This document shows, one piece after another, positions 6,244-7,505 of a stretch of DNA of 7,505 bases. Every line of letters starts with the position of its first letter. The first letter of the stretch is position 1. Below the pieces are notes generated by a model. It made no database searches and was not told the DNA's origin. It worked only from the letters and a program-made list of their open reading frames with translations. This stretch comes from Nanopusillaceae archaeon (lineage in GTDB: Archaea > Nanobdellota > Nanobdellia > Nanobdellales > Nanobdellaceae): positions 1-7,505 of the forward strand of contig JAVYNJ010000020.1 of assembly GCA_038735675.1 (NCBI GenBank). Direction: 5' to 3'. The translations under genes and the position numbers were made by a program.

Positions 6244-6456
6244 ATGGAAGATTTAATATTAAGGTTGAGAGAAAAATTTGCAACTTCTTCTACAGAGACA
6301 TTAAAGAAATACTATGAAGATATAAAAATGGGAATTATTCCAACATCTTTATCTGAATTTTCTAAGCTTGGAGAAGAAAAAATATTAAAATATTTAGAAG
6401 ATGAATTAAGATTAAGAGGAGTTATTAAGAAAGCTAAAAGAGTAGAAATAAAGTAA
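6244..6456 (+). CDS. Hypothetical small protein, 70 aa, charged and helical
   Basis: The ORF fills exactly the space between the rhomboid stop (7-nt spacer) and the convergent 189-aa gene (0-nt spacer). The segment IPTSLSEFSKLGEEKILKYLEDELRLRGVI looks vaguely like a winged-helix recognition region. There is no firm family assignment. Confidence 0.45.
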   Translation: MEDLILRLREKFATSSTETLKKYYEDIKMGIIPTSLSEFSKLGEEKILKYLEDELRLRGVIKKAKRVEIK

Positions 6457-7026
6457 TTACTCTATACAACAATCAATAATTTTCTTTATTATTTCTTTTA
6501 ATTTACTTCCCTTTTCTTTACTTTTGATAAGATTTTCAATATCTCTTTCTATTTTTTCTGATTCTTTATAAGCTTCTCTAATTTCTTCTTTTTCATCAAT
6601 AAGTTTTATGACATCTTCTTTATTTAATATGTTTAAATTTAATCCCCAAAATATTGAAAATAATTCATATGAATAATCAAATAATTCTTTTGCTTCTTTT
6701 TCTCTTTTAGAATCTAATAATTTTTCTCCAGTTTCGTATAATCTCATCGTTGCAGCTAGCAAATGTTTTGAAATGCACCAAATTTCTGCTCCTTCTTCAG
6801 AATTTTTAATTACTTTTTTCATAAGTTCTTTTCTAATTTTTCTAATTTTTATTAATAAATTATAATATAAATCATTTCCAGTTTTTACTCCAGAGAAAAA
6901 TAAGTGCTCTTCTAAAGATATTAAATTCATTATTCCAATAACTAAGTCTTCTTCTTTTGAAAGATCAAGTTTAATATCCTTAGCTTTTTTTAAAATTTCC
7001 TCAACTTTTTCTTTTAGGTCTTTCAT
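6457..7026 (-). CDS. Hypothetical all-helical, highly charged protein, 189 aa, ending in ..DCCIE
   Basis: This is a long stop-free frame in AT-rich DNA. It has conserved-looking blocks MNLISLEEHLFFSG and EIWCISKHLLAATMRLYETG, a Lys/Glu-rich C-terminal half and a terminal Cys-Cys pair. It has no TM segment or signal peptide. Confidence 0.6.
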   Translation of the reverse strand: MKDLKEKVEEILKKAKDIKLDLSKEEDLVIGIMNLISLEEHLFFSGVKTGNDLYYNLLIKIRKIRKELMKKVIKNSEEGAEIWCISKHLLAATMRLYETGEKLLDSKREKEAKELFDYSYELFSIFWGLNLNILNKEDVIKLIDEKEEIREAYKESEKIERDIENLIKSKEKGSKLKEIIKKIIDCCIE

Positions 7027-7105
7027 AAAAGATATATAAGTTTGGTAATTTATAGTTTTATATTTAAGAAATATTTTTAAAGTTTAACAATGCTATTGTT
7101 ATTTT
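7027..7105. promoter_or_regulatory. Divergent promoter region between the 189-aa gene (-) and the partial ORF (+)
   Basis: This is a 79-bp spacer. The minus-strand TATAAATT (plus-strand coordinates 7047-7054) is centred about 25 nt from the ATG at 7026. The plus-strand TTTTTAAA (7075-7082) is centred about 27 nt from the ATG at 7106. Confidence 0.3.
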
Positions 7106-7505
7106 ATGGTTACAACTAAACCTACCTCAAAAATCCAGATAACTAAAAAGCTTGAAGACATATTAAATACATTTAATAAAGAAGTATTTAATAAAGATAA
7201 AAAAATCTTTGTTGAAGTAAAAGATCTAGGATATGATAAAATAATTTTTGGAGAAGTTTTTATTCCAGCATTTTATAAAGATGAAAAAATATATATAGAA
7301 TCTAATTACTTGGATTTTATATTAAATAATTATAAAAGTAATCCAGAATTAATAAAACAATTGATAGAAGTTCTTCTTTATGAAAATATTCATGCAATTT
7401 TAGATGCAAATTTAGAAAAAGAAAAGGAAAATATTATAGTTCATGAAGGATTGGCAACTTTAGTTAGAGATTTATATAATACAATAATTTCAGAATATAA
7501 AATAG
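7106..7505 (+). CDS. Hypothetical protein, 5' part (133 codons, runs off the window); possible MA-clan (gluzincin-like) peptidase fold with a degenerate metal site
   Basis: Manual translation from ATG 7106 gives MVTTKPTSKIQITKKLEDILNTFNKEVFNKDKKIFVEVKDLGYDKIIFGEVFIPAFYKDEKIYIESNYLDFILNNYKSNPELIKQLIEVLLYENIHAILDANLEKEKENIIVHEGLATLVRDLYNTIISEYKI.. with no stop before the window end. It is absent from the ORF track because it has no stop. The motif YENIH-x17-EGLA resembles HExxH-x18-E(GLA) of Peptidase_MA_2-like proteins. Confidence 0.5.
   Translation, partial: MVTTKPTSKIQITKKLEDILNTFNKEVFNKDKKIFVEVKDLGYDKIIFGEVFIPAFYKDEKIYIESNYLDFILNNYKSNPELIKQLIEVLLYENIHAILDANLEKEKENIIVHEGLATLVRDLYNTIISEYKI

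Noticed and set aside
7012-7026. The C-terminal CCIE of the 189-aa protein (encoded at 6460-6471) read as a CaaX prenylation box
   Set aside because: A CaaX-type motif match on four residues is not meaningful by itself. No prenylation machinery is evident, and no such pathway is known to me for this kind of organism. The Cys pair is noted only as a possible metal or redox site.
1-7505. An alternative genetic code (TGA or TAG reassigned)
   Set aside because: Recognisable proteins end at their expected C-termini on TGA (GalT-like, Trm5-like), TAG (ATPase) and TAA (MetRS, rhomboid). No conserved gene has an in-frame stop.
1-7505. A giant-virus origin (Mimiviridae-like genomes are AT-rich and encode MetRS)
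   Set aside because: Genes overlap or are separated by 0-7 nt. No AAAATTGA-type early promoter motif lies upstream of the genes. The Trm5/Taw2, rhomboid, GalT and P-type ATPase set, together with the short protein sizes, fits a compact archaeon better.

Overview
This is a very AT-rich (roughly 20-25% G+C by eye), extremely compact prokaryotic window. All three standard stop codons terminate recognisable genes: TAG for the ATPase, TGA for the GalT-like and Trm5-like genes, TAA for the rest. The standard code therefore applies. No Shine-Dalgarno-like motif precedes any start codon. Each start has an A/T box centred about 24-29 nt upstream, which fits archaeal leaderless transcripts, though this is weak evidence at this base composition. 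The gene content includes a Trm5/Taw2-type enzyme beginning MAFDIIGDIAII and a MetRS with a Cys4 knuckle and no C-terminal appended domain. This suggests a genome-reduced, DPANN/Nanoarchaeota-like archaeon, but that taxonomic call is inference only. Gene order is as follows. (1) The 3' end of a P-type cation ATPase (+). (2) An in-frame, start-less 3' remnant of glmS (+). (3) A 161-aa orphan (+) whose 3' end overlaps by 17 nt a convergent GalT-family HIT nucleotidyltransferase (-). (4) A Trm5/Taw2-family tRNA-modification enzyme (-), 6 nt upstream of the GalT-like gene. (5) A 328-bp spacer. (6) Methionyl-tRNA synthetase (-). (7) A rhomboid protease (+). (8) A 70-aa ORF (+). (9) A 189-aa helical ORF (-). 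(10) The 5' part of an ORF with a degenerate gluzincin-like motif (+). I found no rRNA, tRNA, CRISPR array, transposase, integrase or recognisable defence gene. I do not see a convincing multi-gene novel system. The items worth follow-up are the glmS remnant, the large insertions in MetRS and Trm5, the four uncharacterised ORFs (especially the cluster next to the rhomboid), and the atypically long spacer with a possible 16-codon transcription unit.
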